Source: an uncultured Candidatus Woesearchaeota archaeon (GTDB lineage: Archaea > Nanobdellota > Nanobdellia > Woesearchaeales > UBA10107). Taken from it: a DNA stretch of 64,000 bases. Made by a program: the position numbers and the translations under genes. The number at the start of each line of letters is the position of its first letter. Position 1 is the stretch's first letter. The DNA lies in contig CAWIGF010000003.1 of assembly GCA_963835585.1 (NCBI GenBank), positions 516,530 through 580,529 on the forward strand, given 5' to 3'. Under the pieces are notes generated by a model. The model was not told where the DNA came from. It made no database searches and saw only the letters and a list, made by a program, of their open reading frames with translations. Below, piece after piece: positions 29,045-38,901 of this stretch.

Positions 29045-29458
29045 TCAGATTTCTTTTTCAGTGAATACCTTTATGTTATTTTTCTTGAACAGCTTGGCTG
29101 TGACCCCGTCACCATCGATCAATTTTCCAGAGAATGTACCATCATATACTTTTCCTGAGCCACAGGATGGGGACTTCGATTTCAATATCGCTTCCGTGCA
29201 ATTTGCAAGTTTTGCAAATCTCAATGCTTCTTCCGCACCTTTCTCAAACTGAACCGTCAAGTCCCTTCCATCTTTTGTGAATACCTTGTCTGCTTTCTGT
29301 TCTGCCGGTGCCCTTGGTGTTGTCAAACCGCCCAATTGTTCAGGGCATACAGGGATTGCCTTTCCTTGTCTAACCAAATCGATGACTTTCTGACAGGGCT
29401 TCACTTCGACATCCCATCTGCATTTTATTCCAGCCAAGCAAGCGCTCACTATCTTCAT
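29045..29458 (-). CDS. DUF523 family protein (TudS-like)
   Basis: 137 aa. Strong DUF523 pattern (MKIVSACLAGIKCRWD...PVCPEQLGGLTTPR...SPSCGSGKVYDGTFSGK...GVTA). Confidence 0.75.
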   Translation of the reverse strand: MKIVSACLAGIKCRWDVEVKPCQKVIDLVRQGKAIPVCPEQLGGLTTPRAPAEQKADKVFTKDGRDLTVQFEKGAEEALRFAKLANCTEAILKSKSPSCGSGKVYDGTFSGKLIDGDGVTAKLFKKNNIKVFTEKEI

Positions 29459-29685
29459 GCAAATGCGAATTCATCCATGTATATAAAGCATGTGCGAATC
29501 AGAAAAATAAATAACGGCCGAGAATATTCTCACTAGTGATTATATTGTTCAAATCTAAATACTTCAATAAAAACATTCTTATGAGGGGGCAGGGATGTCA
29601 TTGCGAAAAATCAATACGCATCTATATTGTCTAGCCTTAATGTTCATATATTGGAAATGATAAAATAATTGCGAAGTAAAACAAA

Positions 29686-30195
29686 ATGTCATTACTAGAA
29701 AAAGTATCAAAATCGGTCAAGATTGCAGGATTAGCAGGAGCACTTCTTGGAGCGACAATGTTAGGCTGTTCTAATAACAATAATCCCACATCACCTAAAC
29801 CGACACCCACTCCGTCAATAATAACGACGGGAACTCCTTCGATGTCTGTCACATACGTGCCACCTATTGGAAGCTCGGATGAATTTGCTGGAACAGTGAA
29901 TCATCTCCAACCCGCGGACTACGTCATAACTGGCTATGATTATGTTCCAAATGTCGGTGGATGGTGGGTGAAACCAACAACGATGACCCCGTACGTAAAA
30001 ATCAACAGCGATGGTTCATGGAGTTTTGATTACGACACGGGAAGGTACACAGGAGGGTATGATGAGTATTCGACGCAGGTCGCATTCTTCCTAATACCTG
30101 CATCTCAGATTCCGAATATTCCTATTGTGGAGAATAGCGCTACATTGCCTAATATCAGTTTTGCTGTCGCCCAGACGATAGTAAACAGGAACTAA
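29686..30195 (+). CDS. putative lipoprotein
   Basis: 169 aa. Signal plus lipobox (LGATMLGC|SNNNN), followed by a Pro/Thr linker. Confidence 0.45.
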   Translation: MSLLEKVSKSVKIAGLAGALLGATMLGCSNNNNPTSPKPTPTPSIITTGTPSMSVTYVPPIGSSDEFAGTVNHLQPADYVITGYDYVPNVGGWWVKPTTMTPYVKINSDGSWSFDYDTGRYTGGYDEYSTQVAFFLIPASQIPNIPIVENSATLPNISFAVAQTIVNRN

Positions 30196-30197
30196 AA

Positions 30198-30635
30198 ATG
30201 TCATTATTGCAAGAAAAGACCAAGAAAGAAGGTGGTATGAAGACAATACCTCCTGAGCTTGAGATGCTCGCTCGTGCCGGCTATCATTTTCGTGAGGGGT
30301 TGACTGACAAGATAAGATTTGCAAAAATTGGAGGTCGTCTCTCTTTTCCACCACATTGGTTATTCTATGATGGGATATATGTGTTAGGTCCAGAGGAGAA
30401 CAGGACATTATTGGTGGCGCACGATCAATTCCATATGCTAGAGACACTAGAATTTTCGCAGACAGAAACACCAGGTGTGATACAAGTGATAACACAGCCT
30501 GTGCATATGCCGGTCGAAAAGCCCAGCGTAGCATATTTCATCCACATGTCGAATGAAACGACGCCGAAAGATGCTATGTGGTCTGAGTTTGATCTAAGGA
30601 CATACAATAAACTAAGAACAGATAATTACCGATGA
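30198..30635 (+). CDS. hypothetical protein
   Basis: 145-aa ORF with tight spacing to the upstream gene. Confidence 0.3.
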   Translation: MSLLQEKTKKEGGMKTIPPELEMLARAGYHFREGLTDKIRFAKIGGRLSFPPHWLFYDGIYVLGPEENRTLLVAHDQFHMLETLEFSQTETPGVIQVITQPVHMPVEKPSVAYFIHMSNETTPKDAMWSEFDLRTYNKLRTDNYR

Positions 30636-30677
30636 GAATTTCTTAATATTTATATATCACCATCACTTTTCCGTACC

Positions 30678-31361
30678 ATGAAAGCGTTATTAGACAGACA
30701 CGAAATTCCGATACAGTCCATACAAGGACGAGAGAGAAAAGACTTGGAGCTGACTATCACCGTTCCTGTCCAAACAGACATATTCAGGCTACTCAAGCTT
30801 TCTCCGGAAGCAGGGACAAATAAAGATTTTCTTAAAGGGGCCAGAGAAAAAGTAAAAGAATGGTTCAATGAAGACGTTGCATACCATCTTTGCTGTTCGG
30901 ATCAGAGCATGGTACGTCCAATCCCGATCGGATACGATAGATTCAATGACGCATGGATTCTTGACGGAGAACCTGACGAGCATGGATTCCTGAAATTGAT
31001 TTGGAAACACAATAATATCGAAGACACAATGCATTTTTTGTCAATTAATCTTTCTCTCTGCAATCAATTCTCCGAAAACAAGGAATTCTATACTCCCGAC
31101 TATTTCATGAAAAGCAAGAAGATAGAGAACTTCATCAGATCGCCACAGCATCCCGAGCAATTATTCATGGACCCTGAGAAGATGAAATCATACGGCGATA
31201 AACCAGTCAATGAAAAGAAAGTTGAGGGCATAGCAGAGATAATCGGCACATGTTTTTGTTCCGATTACAAGCCTAACATGGCATATGCATTGTTTTGTAG
31301 AGATTACACTGTTTATTATCTTAATACATTATCGGAAAAAGCAGACAAAATACTGAACTGA
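30678..31361 (+). CDS. hypothetical protein
   Basis: 227-aa ORF. Confidence 0.3.
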   Translation: MKALLDRHEIPIQSIQGRERKDLELTITVPVQTDIFRLLKLSPEAGTNKDFLKGAREKVKEWFNEDVAYHLCCSDQSMVRPIPIGYDRFNDAWILDGEPDEHGFLKLIWKHNNIEDTMHFLSINLSLCNQFSENKEFYTPDYFMKSKKIENFIRSPQHPEQLFMDPEKMKSYGDKPVNEKKVEGIAEIIGTCFCSDYKPNMAYALFCRDYTVYYLNTLSEKADKILN

Positions 31362-31436
31362 TTGTTCTTATTGTCCTTCCACATAATAATTTCCTACGCT
31401 GTTCGCACAGAATTTGAATAAATAATGCAGAGAAAT

Positions 31437-31787
31437 TCAGTTAAATACCCTATATCCTATGATTTTTTCGTATTTTATTTCGTGCCCCTCACAACGCACA
31501 CCATGTCCTTGCCCGGCATTTGGTTCTTTTGAAAGGATCAATCCGTCTTCCCCGAACATAAATATATATCCCTCGTGTCGCAATGGTTTTCCATTGCCAT
31601 TTTTGTGGTCGCTTTCGACAAACATAAGAACGCGATTACTTATGCAGGCATCTTTCTGTATAGAATTTTTCAGAGTATCGATTTTTTCACTAAGTTCGGC
31701 CATATTTTTTTGTGTTTTTATCCCATATATAAATATTTCGAGGGTAGTCAAAAACGAACCTGCCCCGATATATTTAAATAAGAGCAT
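31437..31787 (-). CDS. hypothetical protein
   Basis: 116-aa ORF. The true start may be the internal MAELSEK. Confidence 0.25.
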   Translation of the reverse strand: MLLFKYIGAGSFLTTLEIFIYGIKTQKNMAELSEKIDTLKNSIQKDACISNRVLMFVESDHKNGNGKPLRHEGYIFMFGEDGLILSKEPNAGQGHGVRCEGHEIKYEKIIGYRVFN

Positions 31788-31804
31788 AGTGATGACGCAA
31801 GATC

Positions 31805-32266
31805 ATGGAATTGTCAGGTTCATTGCAGGACAAAATCAAGGGCGATAATCCCGTTCGCTGCGGCTGCGGATTCATACGTCTAAATAGCAAGACGAATAAG
31901 TTTCCTGAATTGCAGTATGTAATGCAATGCGATCATTGTGATTTTCACTTATACAAGGGAGCATCAACTCCTGAAGAAAAAGAAGAAGTAATAAAAATGA
32001 TAAACAAAGTTAGGCAGGCTAGACAAGTTATGCTCCACTCACAGAATAATCATCTCGCTAGTTCTGCAGAAGCGAATAAGGAAGAAGAGAACTACATTAA
32101 GTTACCAAGACTGTATTCAAGAGCAGCATATATGCAAAACCTCTACGAACAGGCAATTTCGAATTATGAAAATTTACGAAACAAACTACTCGAATTGCCT
32201 ACGGAAAAGACATTCACACAGGCTCCGTTTTCATCCGAAATAGGAGGAAAATTACTCACTGATTGA
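31805..32266 (+). CDS. hypothetical protein with Cys4 Zn-ribbon-like N-terminus
   Basis: 153 aa with CGCG...CDHCDF near the N-terminus. Confidence 0.3.
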   Translation: MELSGSLQDKIKGDNPVRCGCGFIRLNSKTNKFPELQYVMQCDHCDFHLYKGASTPEEKEEVIKMINKVRQARQVMLHSQNNHLASSAEANKEEENYIKLPRLYSRAAYMQNLYEQAISNYENLRNKLLELPTEKTFTQAPFSSEIGGKLLTD

Positions 32267-32303
32267 GATGGATATTTTTATTGATTGAGCTGACCTAAAC
32301 AAA

Positions 32304-32543
32304 ATGGAAGAAGTAAAAATTGATGGGCTGTATCGTCATTTCAGCGGAAAAGAATATAGAGTTATTGCGATTGCGAGGGACTGCAACAAGCCAGATCTGA
32401 TACGGGTCGTATACAAAGCGCTTTATGAATCCCCTAAATTCGGAAAAAATCAAGTGTGGACAAGAGAGATTAGCGATTTTGTCGGCAACAAGGATCAAGG
32501 AGAAGGCAATCTCGTTAAGAGATTCACATTCGTTCCTGAATAA
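32304..32543 (+). CDS. DUF1653 family protein
   Basis: 79 aa with the DUF1653-like pattern (YRHFSGKEYRVIAIARDCNKPDLIRVVYKALYE...RFTFV). Confidence 0.55.
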   Translation: MEEVKIDGLYRHFSGKEYRVIAIARDCNKPDLIRVVYKALYESPKFGKNQVWTREISDFVGNKDQGEGNLVKRFTFVPE

Positions 32544-32677
32544 GCATCATTTCTTCTTTCAAAAATTCAGCAAATTTTCTATCGTTGAAAAGGCTTAAAT
32601 ATTACCTTAAATTAGCAAATCCAGAGATGTTCTAGACTCAGTTTGAATGCACTCATGAAGGTAATAACAGGAGCAAC

Positions 32678-33688
32678 ATGACAATAAAGAACGCAATCAA
32701 CGAACGCTATTTTGAAGAAGAATCGAAAGCCATGTACTATGTCTTAGGTGCTTTCTATAACTGCTATCGCCCATCGACAAAGTATGGGAACTATTTTATT
32801 TTTCAATCACAATACAAAGACCTTGTGCGGATAATAAATAAAGAGCTTGAGTCCAAATATTCAATAACATGTACTGACTCCAAACATGGAAGAAATTCGC
32901 ACATGATATACGCACGGTCGCTACAACTCAAGAATGACCTTGTCCATCTTGGCTTGAATGCCCCAAGGGAAGAACGAAAATTCCCGGAAAAAATAAAAGA
33001 GGAAAATATAAGTCATTTTGTCAGGGGATTTATTGATGCAACTGCAACAGCTTTCCAACCAAAAAGCAATGGATACACGACACTCGAAATCCATTTCAAC
33101 AATTTATTCTTATCAGAACTTAATGATGTTTTGAAAAAATATGCAGGAGTGAATCGTGAAAAGAAAACAGATTCAAATACTATCTACTATGGCCACAAAA
33201 ATGCAATACGTATTCATGATTTCATCTATAAGGACTGGCAGTACATCCAGGAAAGCGGCCTCTGCTTGCCATGGAAAAAAGAACTCTTCGGAACAGACTA
33301 TGTTGTAAAACAAACAAGGGCAACTAAACTTAAATTACAAAAGAGAATAGAGGCGGCAATTACATTATTTCGTGAAGGCAAGTATACTGCGGTTGAAATC
33401 GCCAATCTAGTCGGCTATAAATCTCCTCCTGCATTCTACGCGGGATTCAGAACAGTGACAGGAGAGCCTCTTATGCAATGGATGCGAGAGAATAATATTC
33501 AGCACATCACAAAAGGATTCAGGAAATCACTCGCAAAAATCGAGAAATCCAAGGAGTGGATGATTCAAAACACGAATCCCTTGGATATTTTCAAAATGCT
33601 AGGCTATAGCTCTTATTACAAATTTAGCAAAGCGTTCGAGCGACACACAGGAAAAACAATAACGGAATGGAACAGACAAATTAATTGA
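32678..33688 (+). CDS. putative regulator: degenerate double-LAGLIDADG-like N-terminal domain fused to AraC-type HTH
   Basis: 336 aa. Two LAGLIDADG-like segments (YYVLGAFYNCY; FVRGFIDATATAF). The C-terminus has two AraC-like HTH units (AVEIANLVGYKSPPAFYAGFRTVTGEPLMQW; IFKMLGYSSYYKFSKAFERHTGKTITEW). Confidence 0.4.
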   Translation: MTIKNAINERYFEEESKAMYYVLGAFYNCYRPSTKYGNYFIFQSQYKDLVRIINKELESKYSITCTDSKHGRNSHMIYARSLQLKNDLVHLGLNAPREERKFPEKIKEENISHFVRGFIDATATAFQPKSNGYTTLEIHFNNLFLSELNDVLKKYAGVNREKKTDSNTIYYGHKNAIRIHDFIYKDWQYIQESGLCLPWKKELFGTDYVVKQTRATKLKLQKRIEAAITLFREGKYTAVEIANLVGYKSPPAFYAGFRTVTGEPLMQWMRENNIQHITKGFRKSLAKIEKSKEWMIQNTNPLDIFKMLGYSSYYKFSKAFERHTGKTITEWNRQIN

Positions 33689-33786
33689 TATCCTATGATA
33701 ATTCATCTTTTCTTGATTTATTACGTCGCTCCTTAATCGGACTGCTTCCTGAGGAGCATATATAACAAGGACATAATGAGAAAACA

Positions 33787-34158
33787 TCATAACTCGAGCA
33801 TTTTTAGGCCCGGTATCTTTTTGAAATCATTGTCAAACGTGACCAATGTCGCATCATTAGTAATACAAATTCCCGCTATTAATGGGTCCATTGCATTTAT
33901 CATAGTGCCTTTCCGAGAGAGATTTTGAGCTATCTTTCCGCTAACTTCCGCTTCATTATCAGTGAAAGCCAAGGTTTGCGTTCCCTGCATGATATTTTTT
34001 ATGACAAATATGTCCTTTTCGGACGCTCCTGCAAAGAACTCATGTAGCGAAATGACGTTAATGACGGCATCCTCATCAACTAGTATTTTCTGTATTTTCT
34101 TTGATCGCTCAGTATTATCTAGCAAATCAATTAGAGCTGATGTATCTAGCACGTACAC
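33787..34158 (-). CDS. vapC: PIN-domain toxin VapC
   Basis: 123 aa with PIN acidic residues (MYVLDTSALID; D near the C-terminus in TFDNDF). Confidence 0.75.
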   Translation of the reverse strand: MYVLDTSALIDLLDNTERSKKIQKILVDEDAVINVISLHEFFAGASEKDIFVIKNIMQGTQTLAFTDNEAEVSGKIAQNLSRKGTMINAMDPLIAGICITNDATLVTFDNDFKKIPGLKMLEL

Positions 34159-34390
34159 GTTGTATGCGTTCCTCCACGTCTTTGCCCATTTTTTCTCTGA
34201 TCTCGCGCATACGTTCCTGGAGTTTTTTGTGCTCTTCAGGCGTATGATTTAGTATGCCTATTATATCTCTGATTTTCAATTTTCTTCCTGTAATGCGTTT
34301 AATCACTTCGCTGAAACTTTCATCAGCCTGTTTCTGCATCTTAAGCGCCTCATAGGCGTCTTCTGTTATGGTGATTGTTTTTACTACCAT
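34127..34390 (-). CDS. vapB: VapB-type antitoxin (archaeal DUF217-like)
   Basis: 87-aa ORF overlapping vapC by 32 nt. The N-terminus (KTITITEDAYEALKMQKQADESFSEVIKRI) resembles archaeal putative-antitoxin proteins. Confidence 0.55.
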   Translation of the reverse strand: MVVKTITITEDAYEALKMQKQADESFSEVIKRITGRKLKIRDIIGILNHTPEEHKKLQERMREIREKMGKDVEERIQRVRARYISSN

Positions 34391-34800
34391 ATGTGTTTAA
34401 ACATATGTTTAAACTTATAAATCTTTTCTTTATTTATCTTCTGTATAGCAAATAATCAATAGAAAGGAATAAATAACGTTAATACCTAGGACATATAATA
34501 TACTCATCATCAAAAAAATAAAAATAGTACTTCAAAAACAAATTCATACAATCTATGGTAGGGGAATGGTTTACAAAAGGATACACCAAGACTTTATCAT
34601 TTTCAAGTGATGAAAGCGTTAAAATACCATAAAAAGCTGATATGGCCTAAATTGACAATTATAGCCTATTCTAAGACATACCAGGCTGCGAAAACTTTAT
34701 AAAAGGAACCTCAAATATGAATCTATCGTCTAGATTAATCAATCTAGACATGTCATGAGAACATCATGATCAAAAACTAACACACGGAGGTGTTTAGGTA

Positions 34801-37314
34801 ATGGAAGTAAAGAAAGTATTGAAAGTGGCGACTGCAATCGCAGCGAGTGCCTCCTTTATTGGAGCAACATTGCTAGGTGCAGTAGCACAAGATCTGTCGA
34901 CATATCCGGCGCCATTCGTAAACAATGGCGTATTTGACGCGTTTATCGTCGTCGGTGCAAATGCACAACCGGTAGATATAGTCGGCGCAGTCGACGTTGG
35001 AGCAAGCCTTCAATTCTCATTGAAGCAGGCAACAACACAAGTTGGCGCTAGCAGCGCAACAATTGACAACGGCGTAATGATCCAGAAGTCTGGAAACAAG
35101 TTCGTCTACGGGAATTCAATCTCGTCGGTAGAAGGAGCAGGAGCATCCCTTTCACAGGATGACTTGCCATTGATACTTGCAGACGGAAAATACGTTGATT
35201 CTGAAGGAACTAATACAAATTCTGTAACGTACACTCAGAGGCTCGCGTTCAACACGAACACCACAGCTAGTTTGGTATACACAGAAGATGACAGATTGGC
35301 TCCAAATGCAGGAGACTATTTGTACATACAAAAAGACCAACAGTTGTACAACTACTCGCTTGAATTCGACAGCCCAGTTGTCTATGACGACACAACCAGC
35401 GCAGACGCGCTCAATGACTGGAAGACAACGACACTCAACATAGAAGGAAAGACTTACACAGTTACTGACTTATCATTGACAGCATCTCTCGGAAAGCTTT
35501 CATCGATTACATTGTTATCAGGAGAAGCTGTTTTGTGGTTAACGCAAGACAATCCAATAACAAAGACTGTTGATGGCGTACAACACACTATTGAAGTATT
35601 GTCCGTTACTGAGCCAGCTGTATCTCAAACAATGGGATGTCAGGTTCAAGTTGACGACGTTACTGCAATCATAGATGTTGATAGCACGCAGACAATCAAC
35701 GGAGTCCAGATTGGTGTAACTGATGCAAGAGCAATCAGGTCACAATTACAGGACACGAACGTATGCCAGTTATCCATTGGAGCAAGCCAAATCGAGCTTA
35801 AAGATGGAGACCAGGTACAAGTTGACGGGACAAACCTAGAAGGTTCCATGACAACTTTCCATGAAGCTACTAATGGACAGTTCGAAGGATTTGACGTTGT
35901 ATACAACGCAAATGATTTAACTGACGACAAGTACTTGACGGCAGGCCAAGAATTCATCGACCCGGTATTCCAAAGCTGGAAGATCGTGTACGGCGGATTG
36001 ACTGCTAACTACGAAAACTACACAATACGAACGAGTGGAAGCGCGAACGCGTACTTTGACTTCATCAACAATGCTGGAAAGCAGGTTGAGATACCAATGT
36101 ACATGAACAAGACTGGAGCAGCTGCGAACAACAAAATCTTCTTAGGAAGAGGTTCGAACCCTAACCAGCAATTGCTTGCAACCGGAACCGGCATAAGCGG
36201 AGCTGACATTCCCGCAAACATCTCAACAAGTTCCGTATCGAACTTGGAAGGAGTGGATATCCTTGCAACAACACCAACTGGAGAAGCACACGTGTTTGAA
36301 ATCTCAAGCATAGACACCAACAAGAACCAGACGAACATCCAAGATTTGACGAATGGAAGAACATTCGACAATCTTGACTACACACCTAGTATATACACTC
36401 AGTTGTCACTTGGATCGTTTGGATCGTTGAACGTTGATTTCGCGGGTAGCGCGATTTCTGCAAAAGTAGACCTATTGGATAATACAACAACCGCATTCGT
36501 TGGTGTGTCAAATACAGTACCTGCGAAAGTTGAAACGCATGCACTTGGTTCAATCAGCCTTGCTGACATTAACGGAGGCAATGTAACGATTTCGTTGTCA
36601 GAACTTGACAGAAACGGCAATGCAAAGATACCTGTTCAGCAACCAGCTTCAGTTGTATCAATTAACGTATACGAGGACACGACAAGCAACCACAACGGCC
36701 AGATTGATGTAGGTCCAGCATCTGCAACAAATGTAACTGCAACACCACTTACGTTGATAGCGAACAACGTCAACCTAGCAGCTGACAACTCGAACTACGA
36801 AGTTCTTGTAACACCAGTTGGTACAGTAGTAACGTCTGACAACAACAATTACGCATCAGTCGTAATACAGATGCCTACTGCAGAAGTATACGGAAACGTA
36901 TTCATCGCACCAATCGTTGCACAATTAACAGGTGCAGCAGGTGGGTCACCAGCATATACAATCTCGAAATTGAATGTTGGCGCAGCAAAGCTTGACAGTG
37001 ATGTCACTGACATAACGGCAGACAACTTAATCATTATTGGCGGACCTTGCGCAAATAGCGTCGCAGCGAAAGCACTTGGGTTAACATACCCAGCATGCGG
37101 AACTGCTTCAGGAATTGCAGCAAACACGGCAATAATCAAGGAAGTTGCTCAGTCGACAGGAAAAGTATCTCTAGTCGTCGCAGGTTACTCTGCAGATGAC
37201 ACGCAAAGAGCTACAAGAGTCCTTTCAAACTACAACGCATACAACTTAACAGGAAGTAGCGTTACAGTTACAGGAACTAGCCTGACTGACATACAAGTTT
37301 CGAAATCAGCGTAA
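34801..37314 (+). CDS. S-layer protein (Methanococcales-type N- and C-terminal S-layer motifs)
   Basis: 837 aa. Signal peptide. N-terminal motif FIVVGANAQPVDIVGAVDVGASL and C-terminal motif NLIIIGGPCANSVAAKAL. The gene has a long AT-rich leader, a strong GGAGGTG ribosome-binding site (RBS) 8 nt before the ATG, and a T-rich terminator downstream. Confidence 0.6.
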   Translation: MEVKKVLKVATAIAASASFIGATLLGAVAQDLSTYPAPFVNNGVFDAFIVVGANAQPVDIVGAVDVGASLQFSLKQATTQVGASSATIDNGVMIQKSGNKFVYGNSISSVEGAGASLSQDDLPLILADGKYVDSEGTNTNSVTYTQRLAFNTNTTASLVYTEDDRLAPNAGDYLYIQKDQQLYNYSLEFDSPVVYDDTTSADALNDWKTTTLNIEGKTYTVTDLSLTASLGKLSSITLLSGEAVLWLTQDNPITKTVDGVQHTIEVLSVTEPAVSQTMGCQVQVDDVTAIIDVDSTQTINGVQIGVTDARAIRSQLQDTNVCQLSIGASQIELKDGDQVQVDGTNLEGSMTTFHEATNGQFEGFDVVYNANDLTDDKYLTAGQEFIDPVFQSWKIVYGGLTANYENYTIRTSGSANAYFDFINNAGKQVEIPMYMNKTGAAANNKIFLGRGSNPNQQLLATGTGISGADIPANISTSSVSNLEGVDILATTPTGEAHVFEISSIDTNKNQTNIQDLTNGRTFDNLDYTPSIYTQLSLGSFGSLNVDFAGSAISAKVDLLDNTTTAFVGVSNTVPAKVETHALGSISLADINGGNVTISLSELDRNGNAKIPVQQPASVVSINVYEDTTSNHNGQIDVGPASATNVTATPLTLIANNVNLAADNSNYEVLVTPVGTVVTSDNNNYASVVIQMPTAEVYGNVFIAPIVAQLTGAAGGSPAYTISKLNVGAAKLDSDVTDITADNLIIIGGPCANSVAAKALGLTYPACGTASGIAANTAIIKEVAQSTGKVSLVVAGYSADDTQRATRVLSNYNAYNLTGSSVTVTGTSLTDIQVSKSA

Positions 37315-37388
37315 AAGCTGATTTTATTTTTTCTTTTTTATTTTCTTCTTTTCAAAACCTATTTATATCACTTCAACATCGCAATCCC

Positions 37389-37736
37389 ATGAAAAAGGAC
37401 TTGCAGCAGAAAATCAAGATCATAGGCGTTCCAAAAGAATACCTTCTAAGACACGGTGAGTTAACTCCTGCAATGCCTTTATGGGAGACAAGAAGGGACA
37501 ATGCATTCTACTTCGCCCGGGACGTCATGGCAGGGAAAATTAATTATTATGAGGGAACATTTGTAGCATATCGGCGCGGAGCTCTTGTAGGCCAGAGCAA
37601 AAACAAAAGAGCGTTGTACCATAAAGCAAGAGAATATTATGGAACATTAAACCTCACCGTTTTCCCAGTACCGACCCAAAAAACAGATAAGAGCATAGAA
37701 GACGCAGTCAAGAACGCCATCGAAAATACATCATAA
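37389..37736 (+). CDS. hypothetical protein
   Basis: 115-aa ORF. Confidence 0.3.
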   Translation: MKKDLQQKIKIIGVPKEYLLRHGELTPAMPLWETRRDNAFYFARDVMAGKINYYEGTFVAYRRGALVGQSKNKRALYHKAREYYGTLNLTVFPVPTQKTDKSIEDAVKNAIENTS

Positions 37737-37797
37737 ATCGCATTCTCAATATAAAAAATTATATAAACTACACGACTGTTAAAATAAGAGGGGGAAA

Positions 37798-38400
37798 ATG
37801 ACAATAACATACGAATCACTTTTCGAGATTCTTAGGAAGGAAAAGAACCAGGAAGATCTTCAGAAAATAGACGATTCCTTCTTCAGCGATGTAAAAAACT
37901 ACATCGACGACAAGAACAAAGCATTGCATGAAAAGCCAAGGCTCGAGCAATTCACCGAGGAAAACGAGCAAAATGCCCTTAGAACCCAGTTAAAAAGCGC
38001 CCTCAAGCTCATACGAGAGATCATCAACAGAAGGCAGAGAAAGATAATAGAAATAGCCATGAACAAGGCCGAGAACGGCTCAAATATAATCAATACAAAC
38101 TCATTATTACCGGAAGAAAAGGTATTCTTTGACCACCAAGTGGAAGTCATAGGAAATTTCCGCGCATCGCTCCTGGACAGCATGCACAGGCCTAACACAG
38201 CCCCTAAACCACAAGACTTAAATATGGCTCCGCACGAACCCAATACTAGCGACCTTAAGGTGCAGATTCTTGAATCCGTGCCTAAATTCGTCGGTGTGGA
38301 TCTGGAGATTTACGGGCCTTATATGGCGCAGGAAACAATTGCATTGAAGCCGGAAATCGCGGATATGCTCATAAAAACTAACAAAGCGAAGATAATATGA
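37798..38400 (+). CDS. possible GINS subunit (Gins51/Psf-like)
   Basis: 200 aa. The N-terminal helical A-domain pattern (ESLFEILRKEKNQEDLQKIDDSFFSDVKNYI) is GINS-like. Assignment is tentative. Confidence 0.35.
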   Translation: MTITYESLFEILRKEKNQEDLQKIDDSFFSDVKNYIDDKNKALHEKPRLEQFTEENEQNALRTQLKSALKLIREIINRRQRKIIEIAMNKAENGSNIINTNSLLPEEKVFFDHQVEVIGNFRASLLDSMHRPNTAPKPQDLNMAPHEPNTSDLKVQILESVPKFVGVDLEIYGPYMAQETIALKPEIADMLIKTNKAKII

Positions 38401-38717
38401 AACTGCCAAAAGAAACGAAACGATTCTGCCCTACGTGCAGAAAACATCAGACTCACAAGATACTGATAGCCAAGAAAAGAACAAGAGGAACGGCAAGACC
38501 ATTGTCCAGAGGATCGTTAGTAAGAGCGCACAGAAGGAGCCAGGATGTCGGCGTCGGAAATCACGGCCGTTACTCTAAGCCGCCAAAACCAAAGATGACT
38601 GGAAAGAAGCAAAGCAAGAAGACTGATCTTAGGTATGAATGCACGGTCTGCAAGAAACAGCACGTGCAAAGAAAGGGATACCGTACAAAAAAAATAGAGT
38701 TCAAGCAGGAGAAATAA
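38397..38717 (+). CDS. rpl44e: ribosomal protein L44e
   Basis: 106 aa with the L44e Zn-ribbon (FCPTCRKHQTHK...YECTVCKKQH). Confidence 0.9.
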   Translation: MKLPKETKRFCPTCRKHQTHKILIAKKRTRGTARPLSRGSLVRAHRRSQDVGVGNHGRYSKPPKPKMTGKKQSKKTDLRYECTVCKKQHVQRKGYRTKKIEFKQEK

Positions 38718-38719
38718 AA

Positions 38720-38899
38720 ATGAGATACAATCCGACAACCAAGTTCGACAAGATAAGATGCCCGAAATGCAAGAATGAGCAAATCGTTTTCGAGAAGGCA
38801 AGCATGAACGTGCCCTGTCTCGTATGCGGCAACATCCTTGCTGAGCCAACTGGCGGAAAGGCAATAATAAAATCCAGGATTCTTGAGTCGCTAGAGTAA
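38720..38899 (+). CDS. rps27e: ribosomal protein S27e
   Basis: 59 aa from the internal ATG (MRYNPTTKFDKIRCPKCKNEQIVFEKASMNVPCLVCGNILAEPTGGKA). C4 Zn-ribbon. The longer 38639 ORF is a track artifact. Confidence 0.85.
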   Translation: MRYNPTTKFDKIRCPKCKNEQIVFEKASMNVPCLVCGNILAEPTGGKAIIKSRILESLE

Positions 38900-38901
38900 A
38901 C

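Noticed and set aside
38639-38899. 86-aa ORF overlapping the end of rpl44e
   Set aside because: S27e homology begins only at the internal ATG 38720 (MRYNPTTKF...). The upstream extension overlaps L44e in another frame.
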